DNA of 64,000 nt. It comes from Octopus vulgaris (Eukaryota). The stretch lies in the NCBI GenBank assembly GCA_951406725.2, contig OX597815.1:160890001-160954000 (forward strand), given 5' to 3'. The translations under genes and the position numbers were made by a program. Below the pieces are notes generated by a model. It searched no databases and had not been told where the DNA came from. It worked only from the letters and a program-made list of their open reading frames with translations. Shown piece by piece: positions 49,788 to 63,176 of this stretch; positions within the stretch are counted from its first letter, which is position 1, and every line of letters starts with the position of its first letter.

Positions 49788-50844
49788 TCTATAATAATAA
49801 ATGTGAATACAAATGTCAGTGTGTCACAGTTTTTCAATTTTACATTTTCGACCACCTCTCTCACTATTCAATGACACTTTCTCCTGCTTTACCCTTCTCT
49901 CAGCATTCGATGACTCTTCTACTATTCTTCATGCGTGGTTTTTTTCTTCATCCTAACAGTTTGAAAAATATTTCTCTAAATATTATAACTATTTCCAAAA
50001 CAAACATTTTGAAAAAATCTTTCCCTAAATATTATAACTGTATCAAGTAATTTAACCATAAAACATGCTTCACAGCATTTGGAACTGAAATACGTATTGA
50101 ACTCACTCTCTCATACAATATTACCTCTCATTACTCTCTACCATAAAAATGTTGGAAACTTATTTTTTCAGATATTGACAAAATTTGTCGGACCTATTTT
50201 CATGCCATTGGCCGTCAGAGCTATGGAAACGTAGTACCCTCTGACTGCATGAAAATAGGTTTGACTAATTTTATTATTAACTTAAAAAATCCTAAATTTC
50301 AAACATTTTTATGGTCAAATACATTTAGAGCAATTCCAAACCATAAAAATTGTACTTTAAAATAGTGTTTAGTGACAGTGGTGTAATTCGCCTTCCAACT
50401 ATGAACAGGAGTTTAGATATGTACCAGCTAATACAAATAATTGTTTGTATGAAAACTAAGGCCCTACATACATCAAATTGTCTTTAGATTAAGTGGTGGC
50501 AGAAGAATTATCATTGAACTTTTTAAAGGTAAGTTTATTGTTGCCTACAGCTAGCTATATGTTGGTTGTTCAAGGGTAGAGAATGGAAACAAGCTATTTG
50601 TACTGACTCCAAATGGGAAGACAAAAAATGTTGTTTATCATGCAACTTTGCAATATGTTCCAAGTTGACACATTAAATTATTGTTTTAATGAAAATTGTA
50701 CATTGCTTGAAAAATATTGTTCAAGCATAATAAAATTTAATATGTACTCAATGCATGCAGTGTCATTGTTGGGCCCAAGGTCTAATGAAGAGCTCTCCAC
50801 GGGAGCATGCATAAAAGTCACCAATAGGGTGGCTTTTAAGCTTG
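49788..50844 (+). mobile_element. non-autonomous Helitron (~1.06 kb) retaining a Pif1 helicase C-terminus
   Basis: A|TCTATAATAATAAA 5' end; 50546-50656 encodes YS*LYVGCSRVENGNKLFVLTPNGKTKNVVYHATLQY (HGQLYVA.SRV..TKNVVY); subterminal hairpin AAAAGTCACC-AATAG-GGTGGCTTTT (50813-50837), then CTTG|T (degenerate CTRR). Confidence 0.78.
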
Positions 50845-51194
50845 TTCATATATATATATATATATATATATCACATTGCATAGGTAGTATGGTTTATACA
50901 TATACATAACTGTGTCTCTATCATGCGTCATAGGAGTGATAGGTTTTTGTGGAGGTATTTGAGCACTTGTTTTACACTTGGATGTCTTGCCTACAAATAG
51001 CTATGCAACTCTGTTGGTAGAATGAAGCTTATTGTTTACCTCCTTCAGTCAGGCACTCTGGAGCAAGCCATGTTAGTGGCCTTGTTGAAGCTCACTTTGC
51101 AATGAATATGCTCTTTGAATGTGTATTTCAAGCACTTTAACTTCTAAACCAGCTCTTACTTAAATATACAGTAATATATATTGCACTTTTTATA

Positions 51195-51380
51195 ACATGA
51201 TGCAAAAAATTGCACTGATATGGTGTAAACATTGCTGCACTCCAAGAGACCAAGATCAAAGGGCAGGGCCACTTACTAGAGGAGCGTTGCACCTTCTACA
51301 TTGGAAAAATAGAGGGAAGAAGAGACACAGGCATGGCTTTTGCTGTCAACAGCAAGACTGCTAAAAGGCTACTTTGCTTC
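51195..51380 (+). mobile_element. RTE/BovB-type LINE apurinic endonuclease N-terminal fragment
   Basis: From 51222: GVNIAALQETKIKGQGHLLEERCTFYIGKIEGRRDTGMAFAVNSK (IAALQET and G.AFA motifs). Confidence 0.75.
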
Positions 51381-52730
51381 CGATGCTTTTGATAATACAA
51401 TACAGAAAAGGGTGCTCAATAATATATTTCTCAATAAACTAGCAGTTGATAGAGATCTAGAATTAAACAATCTTCACTTATTTTTTCTCATATGTCATGT
51501 TTGATTTATAAGATTTTAACTCAATAATAAAAAATATAGGGTTAAATCAGCTTATTGTTCCAATGAATTACATTACCAGAGTGACTAAAGAGAAAAAAAG
51601 GAAACATTCATTACAGATATCATTGCAAAAAACAAATCTTAAGATAACTGAGTCTTTACTGCAAATAATAAATTATATCTTGATTTTTTCCTTATAAATC
51701 ACTTTTAGAATTACATATATGTGTGTATGGGTGTGTGTGTGTGCATTTATGTGTGCATGTTTGTGTGTGTATGTTTGTGTGTGCATGTTTGTGTGTGCAT
51801 GTTTGTGTGCATGTAGTGTATGTGTGTATATAAATTTATATATGCGCTCCTGTATGTGTGCATGTGCAGTTTATTTCTCTGTAACTTTTGGAGGGAAATT
51901 TTTCCTTTGAATAATTTATCAAAAGAAAGAACAAATGACAAATGCCTTGATGTGATTTTTGAAAGGAATAGTTTACGTTTCTATGATGTGATTCAATTAG
52001 AAAGGAAAAATAGAATACTCATAAGCGAGGAAGAAATAGAAGGGTGAGAGAAAGAAAGAAAGAAAGAAAAGAAGAGGAATTCACGATGTTTATTATTCGG
52101 ATTTATTTTGATTTTCTTGCATCTTTATTGTCCTTCACATGATACTTCTAAACTTTACTCCTTTTATTCGATAATATCATTGTCATAAAAGAAATTGAAG
52201 CTGTTTTGTTTCTAAGGAGGTTTCGATAACAATGTTAATATGGCTTGCCCTGTCTTGTAACTCTATTCTTTCCAAGATGACATTTGGATTCTCTCGGTGC
52301 AATCTGTAAAGTTAAACCAATAAAAATCTATACACTGTTAATAAAAACGGGAAAGGAGTACCCAGCTTTGTACATCAACTGTTTCATCTTTCTTGTATCC
52401 AAGCAGAAAACAATTGACTAATATTCTATTTAATATAACCTCCTTCTTATTGTTCTGTTGCTGTTGTTTTAAATTTCTGTAGAATTCTTTATTCCAAGAA
52501 TGCCAAGCTCTTCAAAACGTCATCTGTATAAGCGTCACCTTACATAAAAATTAAAATATTTCCCACAAGAGCATGTCTTTGTCTAGAACTCTCTCATTTT
52601 AGCCATTTAAAAAAAATTTTATTTCCTGACGCTAATTGACAATAGTTCAAAGTGAATTTCACTGCATTTAATTCCTATTATCATTTCTGATAATAATGAC
52701 TAAAATGGAAATGGTAACTAAATGAATGAA

Positions 52731-52766
<36 letters not shown>

Positions 52767-52767
52767 G

Positions 52768-53050
52768 AGTGCAGATATGGCTGTATGGTAAGAAATTTAC
52801 TTCCCAACCAAATGGTTTTGGGTTCAGGTGCACTGCTTGGCACCTTGGGAAAGTGACTTCTAATATAGCCCTTGTGAGTGGATTTCGTAGACAGAAACTG
52901 TGTGGTAAGAAGCTTGTTTCCCAACTACATGGTTCTACATTATCCCACTGCATGGCACTTTATGCAAGTGTCTTCTACTATAGCCTTGGGCTAACCAAAG
53001 ACTTGCGAGTAGATTTGGTAGATAGAAACTGAAAGAACCCTGTAGTAGAT
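52768..53050 (+). mobile_element. two tandem family B SINE 5' halves
   Basis: Head repeated at about 52768 and 52898; both end near GTAGACAGAAACTG-like sequence. Confidence 0.75.
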
Positions 53051-53441
53051 ATATATATATATATATATATATATATCATCATCTGTATAAATTTGCACTC
53101 AAATTTGATATGTAGATATCAACAGTATCAGGGTGTGTATAAGTCTTGAAAAATTACAAAAATTGATTCCAGGTGAGAATGTGATCTATAAAGCCGTGGG
53201 AACATGCCTTTGTACATGCAAGTACATCAGCTGTTGCGATCGATACTATGCGTACACAAGAAAAATGTATGTGCAGTTTGCGCAAAAAAAGCTGGCCTGT
53301 TTGGTGTCTCAAATTTAGGTTAAATCACTGTTTCTCAAAAGGGAGGCCTATGGGACGGTCAGACAAGTTGCTTTGAGAAAATTTGGTTTAAATGTTTGAC
53401 AACTCAGCACCATCCATTGGATGGGGAGGGGCATTTTGCTC

Positions 53442-53481
<40 letters not shown>

Positions 53482-54334
53482 CTAGTCTGGCTAATGCTGG
53501 CTGTCTTTGTCGATGATAAAAATTTTACTTGGTAATAACAGATAATATATTATGATGTAGTTTTTTATGACTGCATTAAATAAATAAAATGCTACTGCTG
53601 TCATCAAATTTAAGAATCATTTGTGTTCACTTCTTCTGTGTGTGGGTTGGTGTGTGTGTGTGTGAGAATGAATGTGGTAGATGGAAACAGAATGAAGCCC
53701 TTCACACACACACGCTTCCACACACACACACAGTTTTGGTTCAGCCAGTTCTATAGTAGAAAACACTTACTCAAGGTGCCATGCAGTTGGACTGAACCCA
53801 GAACTATGTGGTTGGAAAAGAAACTTCTCACCATACATCTGATAAAATTAATAGCATTGTTCAAGCCAGAAGAGTTAATTGCATTCTATGAGAAACAACT
53901 GGAGGAATTTGTTAATCAATAATTCAATTAATAATTAATTTTGTTCTCCATGTAATGTGTATTTTTGTTTTTTGGTTTGTTTATTTTTTGTATTTTCTTT
54001 GTTTCAAACCCACTTTTTTTTATCTTAGCATGAATTGGTTGCTATTTAATTTTTTTTAAATTAAAATTTTTTTTTTTGTCATATGCAATTTCACATATTA
54101 CTGGAGCAGGGTATTTTACAGTTAGAAGCCATTCTCATTGTTAGTTGCTCAACATTCAAATGAGAATTGCAGCTATTTTATAGCCACAAAATGTGTCTGC
54201 AAGTAGAATTATGCTATTGTTGTTCAATCTTAGGTCAATGCAGATACAGGAGACACATTATGAAAGCCATTCCAGGCTTGACCATTTAATTTTTTCTTCA
54301 GTCGGTGTTTAAAGAACACTGTATCCTTCCTTTA

Positions 54335-54550
54335 GGACAGCAAGCTGGCAGAATCATTAACAGACTGGACAAAATGCTTAGCAATATTACTTATAGCTTT
54401 ACATTTTAAGTTCAAATTCTGCCGAGTTTGACTTTGCCTTTTATCTTTCTGGTTTCATAAAATAAGTACCAGTTTAATACTGGTGTCGATGTAACCAACT
54501 TTGGCTTATCTCAAAATAGCTGGCCTTCTGCTTAAATAGAAAGAATATCC
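54335..54550 (+). mobile_element. SINE family A, older subfamily
   Basis: CAGCAAGCTGGCAGAATC..AGTTCAAATTCTGCC..GACTTTGCCTTT..AAATAAGTACCAG. Confidence 0.75.
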
Positions 54551-55900
54551 TTTCTTTTCATTGATGGCTGAGCGACACAAGGAAGATTTCACTGCAGTTT
54601 CTAGCAGTCAAATCTCCCTCTTTAGCTCATAATCAGATTTTATCTAGAAGTAAAATAAATGGCTGCTGTAAGATTTTTTTTGGCTAGTACTCAAGTGTAA
54701 ACCTTACAGAAAATACATTTTCATGTGTAAAAGAAAAAAGATATTTCATTGGAGAAGCTACAGAAGAAAACATGAATTTGGAATATTGAATGAAGAAGAA
54801 ATGGGAACTTTGTGATGTTCATAAAGGCATGTAAATGACATTATTTCAACAGGGAATTAAAACTAGTTTGCAAGCTAACTCTTGCAAGAACTGTTTACTA
54901 CACTATATAATCTGTAGTCCAAATGGGAAATACTAACATGGCAAACTTTTAGAAATGTGTGAACAAAATTCTAAAAATCCAATCCAATATTATATATATG
55001 TCTATTTCAAAATGTTGACAACAATAATATACCTTTTGCAGAACACACATATATATATTTATATATATATAAACTAATAAAATGGTTGGCTAAAATATGC
55101 AAAGCATTTGAAATGTGTCTCTTTTACCAAAAGGTTCGCTTTTGAAAGTAAATACTTATTTCTAATAAATATGAGACTTAAGGAGAATAAATGATCTCTT
55201 ATATAGATTTCCTAAAACGAAATTATAATTTTTTTTTTGTAGAAGTGGAGACTATTTGCTATCAACCATAACACTAAAGGGAATTGAGCAGATCTCATAT
55301 ATAAGACTTCCTCAAAGAAAAATACTGCAAAAGCAATTAAATAAATCATAGTAGATTCTACTTTAGGTCTGAACAAACTTCCTGTTTATTTGTATATCAC
55401 AGGCATTTTTGTAACTTTGCATTCAATGAATTATATCTGGCCAAAAAAAGAAAAAAAAAATGAAAAAGAAAATAAGAAAGCATTTAGATATTTGAGAGCT
55501 GTTCTAATGCTCTCAATGAATTCTAGTAATTGCTCTTGTGAAATACCTATAAAATTCTACCTTTACAGTTGATCAGTAGGAATAGTGTTAGCAAACTTTA
55601 TGAAAGCTTCTGTAAAGTGGCAAGAATATTTTCAATGTATATTGCAGATGCAGATGTGGTTATGTGGTAAAGGGGGCTTGATTTGGCTAACACAAGGTCG
55701 CAGATTCAATCTTGCTGTGTTGCACCTTGGGGGAGTGTCTTTTGCCATAGTATTGAATCCACTTTAACATTGTGGGGAAAACTGGGTCCATGAAAACTGT
55801 GCTGAAGTTTATCAATTGTAGTTTATCCAATAAGGTTACACTGCTATATTTAGTGGCTATTTAAGCAATGAGTTCGAAGATGGTTAATGGTTGGATAGGT

Positions 55901-55942
55901 GCTACTGATGAAGGAGCAAAAGCTCCCAAAATATGTTATATA
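55901..55942 (+). ncRNA. degenerate hammerhead motif (PLE pseudo-LTR-like)
   Basis: CTGATGA-A-GGAGC AAAA GCTCC-C-AAAA-TATG-TT; G12 to A is consistent with CpG decay of CGAAAC. Confidence 0.5.
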
Positions 55943-56409
55943 CATCCATTACCCATATTTCATCTTTGATCTCGATGTTTGTTTACATTAGGCGCACTTG
56001 GATACAAAACATCACAACAAATCAGTGCTGGCTGTAATTTCTATAGAAAGTCTGTAGAGATAACCTTAACAAATGACTTAATAGTACTACTAACACAGTA
56101 AAACACAGTATTGACTTATAAAGCGTTTAATATACCTTGTAGTATATTATAGTTGCATATCAAAATAACGTGTCCCTTCAAGTCATTAACCACCATTCCT
56201 GTTTAATTTCATTGATCTAGGATTAGTTTTAACTGAAGAGACACAACGAGGTTGACACACTGGTGTCTTAAAGTCCCTTTTATGTATTTATATAAAACGA
56301 GCAGTGTTTAATTCATGACCACCAAGATTATTAGGTTTTATAATTCATTGATTTAGAAAGAGAGATTTATGCATAGCTTTCTAAATACTCTATTCTGAAG
56401 GAATTTAGA

Positions 56410-56625
56410 GCTGTTTCAAATTTTGGTTCAAGGCCAGCAATTTTAGGGGTAAGGGACTTGTCAGTTGCATCAACCTCAGTACTCAACTGATACTTTATTT
56501 AATCAACCCTGAAAAGATGAAAGGCAAAATTGACCCTGGTAAAATTTGAACTCAGAATGTAAAGCTAAAAGATGTACTGCTAAGTATTTTCATTTGCTGT
56601 GCTAATGGTTCTGCCACCCACTGCT
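56410..56625 (-). mobile_element. SINE family A, older subfamily
   Basis: CTGAAAAGATGAAAGGCAAAATTGACC..AATTTGAACTCAGAATGT..TTCTGCCA. Confidence 0.75.
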
Positions 56626-57606
56626 TTAAAGCTAGAATAACAGATGTTCATTTGAGTAGTATACATCTGTAGTTGAGGATGAAATACAAGTATGGGGAGG
56701 GGTTCCAAAAGGATACAATTTCTGATTGGGGAATATTTGATATTGTATTTATTACAGAACTTGGAGTTGGATAAGACAATGGCTTTGGCAGATGTTAAAA
56801 TGGTAGATATATCAAGTCTGTTTAGGTAGTAACAGTACTGAGTTGGCAAGCCTATACTGTTAAGTACAACTGGATGTGTAAGCATGTGTGGATTTATGTA
56901 ACATTTTCTTCCTCTCTTGGATGCATATTAGAATCTGTATGAATATGAGCTTAATGAAAGAGACATAAAAAATTACAAAAGATTATTCAATTACTTGTGA
57001 CATTGCTACACCATAGCTAGAATTGCAATAATTCAAAAGAAATAATGAACTACAGGGAGTGTGCTATTGGAGCTGCATAATCAGTATTGTGGTAGAGAAC
57101 AAATTACAATCTTGCTAATTACAAGAAGCCCTTCAAAATTTATGGATTTCTATGACCAGCAAAGAAAACTTATTTTCTTTGTTGTGTGATGAATGTGCAG
57201 CTACTACTAAATATTAGCAAAAATAATTTTGAGGCTCAGCATTAAAGAAATAGTGTATTGTTCTGAATGTATATAAATTATGAGTAATAATGGATAATGT
57301 GGACATATTTTTTAGAAATCCAGTCTTCACATTTTACTGTTGTTGAGTGCAGTTAGATTAAATTTCCATTGTAAGGTCTCTCTTTCATCAAGATGTGTAG
57401 TTCTGACAGAAAATATTGTATTATACTGAAATCTGCTGGCTTGAATTTAGAGTATGTTTTGCCATCTTAGTTCAATGATAATTAACAAGTCTATGATCAA
57501 AGGTATTGCAGCTATGACCATCCTGTCTTTTTGTCTTTTATTCAAACAGTGCATGTAAGAATGGTATAGTTTATATGAAACACAGTGCAACAGAGTTAAA
57601 ATTGCT

Positions 57607-57898
57607 TAATAATAATAATAATGAAATTATTGTGTACAGTGCTCAGGTGCACCACAACTTGTCAAAAGTGCATATAAAGCATATGCAGTAATGTATAAAT
57701 GCCTGAGAAGTGTATAGTGTATGAGTCAGATACATGCTTGCGTGTGTATGGAGGGGAGAAAATCAGGTGTAGTGTTGGCGAATCTCATGAAGCATGGAAG
57801 TTTTGAAGAATGCAGTGCTCCGACAACTAACAACTGATGCTGGCAGTTTGTTCCATACTTAAGCAACTCTTAGTGTGAAAAAATGTTTCTGAAAGTCA
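57607..57898 (-). mobile_element. CR1-group LINE 3' end with (ATT)n tail
   Basis: Minus: DFQKHFFTLRVA*VWNKLPASVVSCRSTAFFKTSM (CR1 FF..RV...WN.LP..VV motif), a short UTR and (ATT)n. Confidence 0.8.
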
Positions 57899-59716
57899 GA
57901 ATAGTACAAGTTGGGAATAAAGAAGTGTAAACAGATGCAGCACTGTAGTTTATACTTTTATCTTATGTTTCAATATTTCAAACTCGAAATCAACTTCTCA
58001 AGAGAAATGTTAGGCTGATTGTGCAGTAGATATCAGCCCTGACAACCACATCCAAGGCTTCATACGTACAGAATAAAAGTCTCTCAGATATGTAATAAAT
58101 GCCAAGAGGTATGCGATAACATTGCCTACACTAAGCAGTTCTAAAGTGTTCTAATGAGCAATGACTGTCTCCATCCTTTGCAGATGTCAGTATACTAATA
58201 AACCCATGAAGTTTCATATAGCCAGAAATAACATATGCTTGCTAAAACTGACACATTTTAACAATTGAATCATAGCTGCAATCCTTTTGGTAACCCATGA
58301 GAAAATTCCTGTTTGGATATTGATCTACACAAACCAACTACCATATTAACTATGTGGATGTGTGTTTGAGGGTCTATGCAATCTACCACATGGTTTGCAG
58401 TAAATATGATATATCTTACACAGGAAGCATTGTCCCTATATGCACATTAGCATTAGAGAATACTTTCAGACAAATATTTCTTCCATGAAAAGATATCAAA
58501 ACATCACATTCACTATTAAAGACACTATAGACTAAACCTGTCTGTTATAAACAGAGGTAAACTGATTAAAACTGCTTGTATGATCTAACAACAGCAATCT
58601 TTGCACTTTTTGGATTTCTCTAAACTTAAATATCTGTGCAAAATGCACCAGCTTGTCACCACTCTCCATTTTCTCTTGATAATGGGATTTCAACTCAGAA
58701 ATATTGAAATAAATGGTAAAAGTATAAAATTTTATTTTCTTTCTGCCTTCACTCTTTTATTTTCAATTTGCTTTGTACAGACTTTCTAAAACAATTCTTA
58801 AATATATCTATGATATTGTCCAATGTATCCTGAATATTTTAAAATGAAAATAGGGTGTAAATTGAAGGAGGCTTGACTATTATTTCTTGAAGGCTTTTCT
58901 GGTATCACTCACCTATATAAGTGTGTATTTGATTAGAAGCTATGTCTAGAAGATTGTTACTGTGAAGACAAGATGCAACTGCATAGCACTAAAGTTAATT
59001 GGGTAGAAACTTTAACAGTATATATGATAAGACATCTTGTCAAAAAGATTCTTAGTTGAGTCAGTTAGCTTTGATGTGTGTGTGTGTAGTAAATTAATAT
59101 TTTCTATTATCTGATATTACAACAGAAATAATATATTCGCTTCTTAGAAAAGTTAAAATGACAAAGATATAAATTGCAATAGGTACAGAGAAAGAATGTA
59201 TAATAATAGTAGTTGTAGCTTAAAAGAATATAAAGGTTTACCATACGTTCTTCTAAACCACATGCCATTTCAAATACACTAAAATTTTAAGTTAATAGTT
59301 TGTAAAGGCCATACTATTCTAAAAACAGCCTTGTTCATTTCAAAATTCCATTTGTCTTTGCTGACATGAAAGTAAATATTCTAACAGTATGATAGGAAAG
59401 AAAATATAGATGTAGCCTGTTGAATCTTACATTAATGTTTAGTAATCTAACCACGTTTGTGTGTGGACAGATTTTAAACAATAAATAATTCAGGTTTGTT
59501 TTATGCTGTTAGAGTTGTAATGCAAAATAAATGATGCTGAGATGTAGACATAGTAAAACAATTTGCCTAACAGGTGATTGAATAAAATTGACATATTATG
59601 TCATGTATTTGGTGCTGTAAAGGACATTGAACTATTATAATAACTTTGACAAGTAGAAATGCAGATTTTTATATTTTACAGGTCTTTCAAAGAGAAAAAA
59701 AAACATGCTAACCAAA

Positions 59717-60106
59717 TCATTTGACTGTGGCCATGCTGGAGCACCACCTTTAGTCGAGCAAATCGACCCCGGGACTTATTTTTATAAGCCCAGTACTTAT
59801 TCTACCGGTCTCTTTTGCCGAACCGCTATATGACGTGGACGTAAACACACTAGCATCGGTTGTCAAGCAATGCTGGAGGGACAAACACAGACACACAAAC
59901 ATATACACACACATACATATATATATTTATATACATATATACGACAGGCTTCTTTCAGTTTCCGTCTACCAAATCCACTCACAAGGCTTTGGTCGGCCCA
60001 TGGCTATAGCAGAAGACCCTTGCCCAAGATGCCACGTAGTGGAACTGAACCCAGAACCACGTGGTTGGTTAGCAAGCTACTTAGCACACAGCCACTCCTG
60101 CACCTA
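59717..60106 (-). mobile_element. SINE family B
   Basis: Reverse complement of 5281-5565; accounts for ORFs 59835-60149 and 59870-60124. Confidence 0.9.
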
Positions 60107-61149
60107 TACATACTGTATAAATAAAATAAAATACAGTTATTCAGATTAACATATTCTTACTCAAATTAACTCTTATATTTCTTTCTTCTTCTTATTGTAA
60201 TTATTTTCAAATACAGTTAGCTTCCAAAATATAATTTACAAGGAAACACCATATAAAATATATTTCTGCACATTTCCTTTCAAAACTTTCACCAGTAAGC
60301 TGCTAGATTTTCATTAGTCTTTATCTTATCCAAAATCGTTGACAAACCATATACATTTGAAATGTTTCTTACATGAAGTGACTGTGATGAAAGTTTAGTG
60401 GTTTAAAATAGAACTGAATAAATAGGAGCTACTGATGAGTGCCTCACTTGTTGGAATTCATATGTTTTATTCATAATGGTCTGTGTAAAGCTCTTTTGCA
60501 AATGAATTGTAGATTACTGCATCCTATTGTCTGTTATGCTATCACAACTGAAGTAATACATTAGCAGCTTTTACAGAAAAACTAAGATTAAATAAGAAGT
60601 CAACACAGCTATATAATCCTCTAGAGAAAACAGCTATTGGTGCAGAGAAAGAAGCTTCACATTTTTAGTAGTAGTATGTGTATTATGTCATACACAATTG
60701 TGTTATTACGTGCAAAATAGCCAGACTAAGGTCATACACTACTACGATACAGTGCAATGACCATTGACAAAGTTCTTTGTTCTATGCATTTTATCTTTCC
60801 TCCTTCAGATTTGAGAGACTAAGCACTGTTGTACATGAAAACAGTTGGTAGTAAAGATAATGTAAAAATTTGAGATACAGCTTTATAAATATCAGATATA
60901 AATCAGAAAAACCACAAATGTGTAGTTAATAGTTCAGATAAACCATATTGCTTAAAAACTGTTTTAGTTCTTATGGAAGAGACATTTTTCATTTGTTGTC
61001 AGAATAATGGAGATAGCTACAAACATGGGAATTGTCTGCAAGAATGTTTCACAATAAAGTTCATATGATAAACATATAAAGAGAAAGTTTAATCAACTTG
61101 TGCCTATTGAATATCTCCCTTCTCTTTTTTTCCCACTCTCTGTATCCTG

Positions 61150-61528
61150 CTACTCATCTTTTCTCAATTCTCTGAGAAGACATGTCAAGCTAAGTGCAAT
61201 TATAGTTGTGGCCAGTGTTAGTGACATGTAAAAGCACCTGTCCTGGTGACGCATAAAAGGCTCCCATGCCAGTGACACATCAGGGCACCTGTGCTGGTGA
61301 CATGTTAAAGGCACCCTTGCCAGCAACACATAAAAGGCACCCATGTAAAAGCACTCACTACACTCTTGGAATGGTTGGCATTAGGAAGGACATCCAGCTG
61401 TAGAAACCTAGTCAAATCAGACCGGAACCTCATATAGCTCTCCAGCTTACTAGTCCCAGTCAAGTCATCTAACCCATGCCAGCATGGAAAACAGACTCTA
61501 AGTGGTGATGATGATGATGATGATGATA
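61150..61528 (+). mobile_element. RTE 3' UTR-derived repeat (family E) with (GAT)n tail
   Basis: GGTTGGCATTAGGAAGGACATCCAGCTGTAGAAAC...CCCATGCCAGCATGGAAAACAGAC..(GAT)n. Confidence 0.8.
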
Positions 61529-62163
61529 CTTGAATAGGAAGGATTTGCACTCTAACAAACTTTGCCTCCACTTGATTCTTCTTTCACCATAAACTCTTGG
61601 ACCTGTTACTTTGAGAATACAATCTAGCTCATCATTAACACCTTATATATTTCCTACATACCACTCTGCCTACCAATATATAACCTGTGGTAGCAGTATA
61701 TCTCTTCTTACTCAACCTATTCTCTTACCCTTGTCAATCACAGATTGTCTCTCCTGCACACCACTGACATTGCATTTTCTGTTGCCATGGAAAAATGCAG
61801 CCAGTACATTTTGTAGGATGGTTGGTGTTGGGAAGGGCATCTAGCAGTAGGAACCATATCAAAACTGAGACAATAGGACATGACATGGTCTTTTAACCCA
61901 TCGGTTACTGTAAAGCCATTCAACCTATACCAGTATGGGAAACAAGCATAAAATGATAATGATAATGATGACAGTAATGAGTTATTATGAACATAACTTC
62001 AAGAGTTGGTAGCACTTCAAGTGACCATCCATTCTTCCATCTATCTATCCACTCAGCTATCCGTCTATCATACACACATACATTCACACCCTTTCTATAG
62101 AATTTATGAAGTATATGTGTAGTCATATTTATATTTAAATGTGTATGCGTGTAAAGGGAAGAG

Positions 62164-62329
62164 AGAGAGAAAAAGGAGCATATATCCTGAATGTACAGGT
62201 ATATATAATGGTTTCTCTTTCAGAATGTTAGGCCAGAGCTTGACAGAGAGAAAAAGAAGCATATATCCTTAATGTACAGGTATATATAATGGTTTCTCTT
62301 TCAGAATGTTAGGCCAGAGCTTGACAGAG
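62164..62329. repeat. tandem duplication, 81-bp unit x2
   Basis: AATGTACAGG at 62190 and 62271; units differ at about 2 positions. Confidence 0.92.
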
Positions 62330-63021
62330 AAACAGTGTTGAGTCAGAGAAGGCTGGTGCATTGCATTTTTTTCTTATTTCATTTTCCCAATTATGGTGAC
62401 AGTAATAACAGCAATAGCAGTAACGATAATACTAATGCTAATGAACCAAGTAGGATTTGAAACCGGTATAGAGATGCATCAAAATACATTGCAGTATTTC
62501 TTATAGCCAGAATAACTCTGCATATTCCAACTATTAATATGCAAAAGTATTATCATCCTGGCTAAATCATGATTTTATAGTGTTTCTACCATGAATATCA
62601 ACTAAATTAGGACTAATATCATTTGTATTTTCTGTTAAGATGACAGAAACAATACAAATATTACTAGGAAAATACATTAACTTCACTTAGATAAATTCGA
62701 TTGGCACTGATAAGAGTTCTAAGGAAGCAATGAAGTGATATAGACCTGCATATACATATAAATTAAGCGACATATATCTGGTTAGTTCATTTGATTGTAG
62801 TTGACATGTAAATACATAGCAAACTTTTACCTGTTATCAGTTATTTGTGTTTCTTTGTCAAATAGCTGAGCTTGTCATTGGAATTATTTGCATCTTTGAC
62901 CAAAACTGTTGATTTGAATTAATTCATTTCTCAGATGAACGTGCTTTAACCATAGTCATATCAAACATGTACCAGTGTGTGCAAATGTATGTTCATATTT
63001 GACTGTTACTACAGCAACTGG

Positions 63022-63108
63022 TTCTTCTTCTTCTTCTTCTTCTTCTTCTTCTTTTTCTTCTTCTTCTTCTTCTTCTTCTTCTTCTTCTTCTTCTTCTTCT
63101 TCTTCTTC

Positions 63109-63143
<35 letters not shown>

Positions 63144-63172
63144 CTATTATTATCAATATTATTATGATTATT
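63022..63172. repeat. (TTC)n plus (ATT)n microsatellite
   Basis: Directly visible; source of the poly-E/S/F ORFs. Confidence 0.95.
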
Positions 63173-63176
63173 AGGA

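Noticed and set aside
60372-60440. C/D box snoRNA (GTGATGA...CTGA)
   Set aside because: No terminal stem or recognisable rRNA guide; such boxes are common by chance.
60785-60851. Strong acceptor TTTTATCTTTCCTCCTTCAG followed by FERLSTVVHENSW*
   Set aside because: A single splice-like site with no partner exons or homology; expected by chance in 64 kb.
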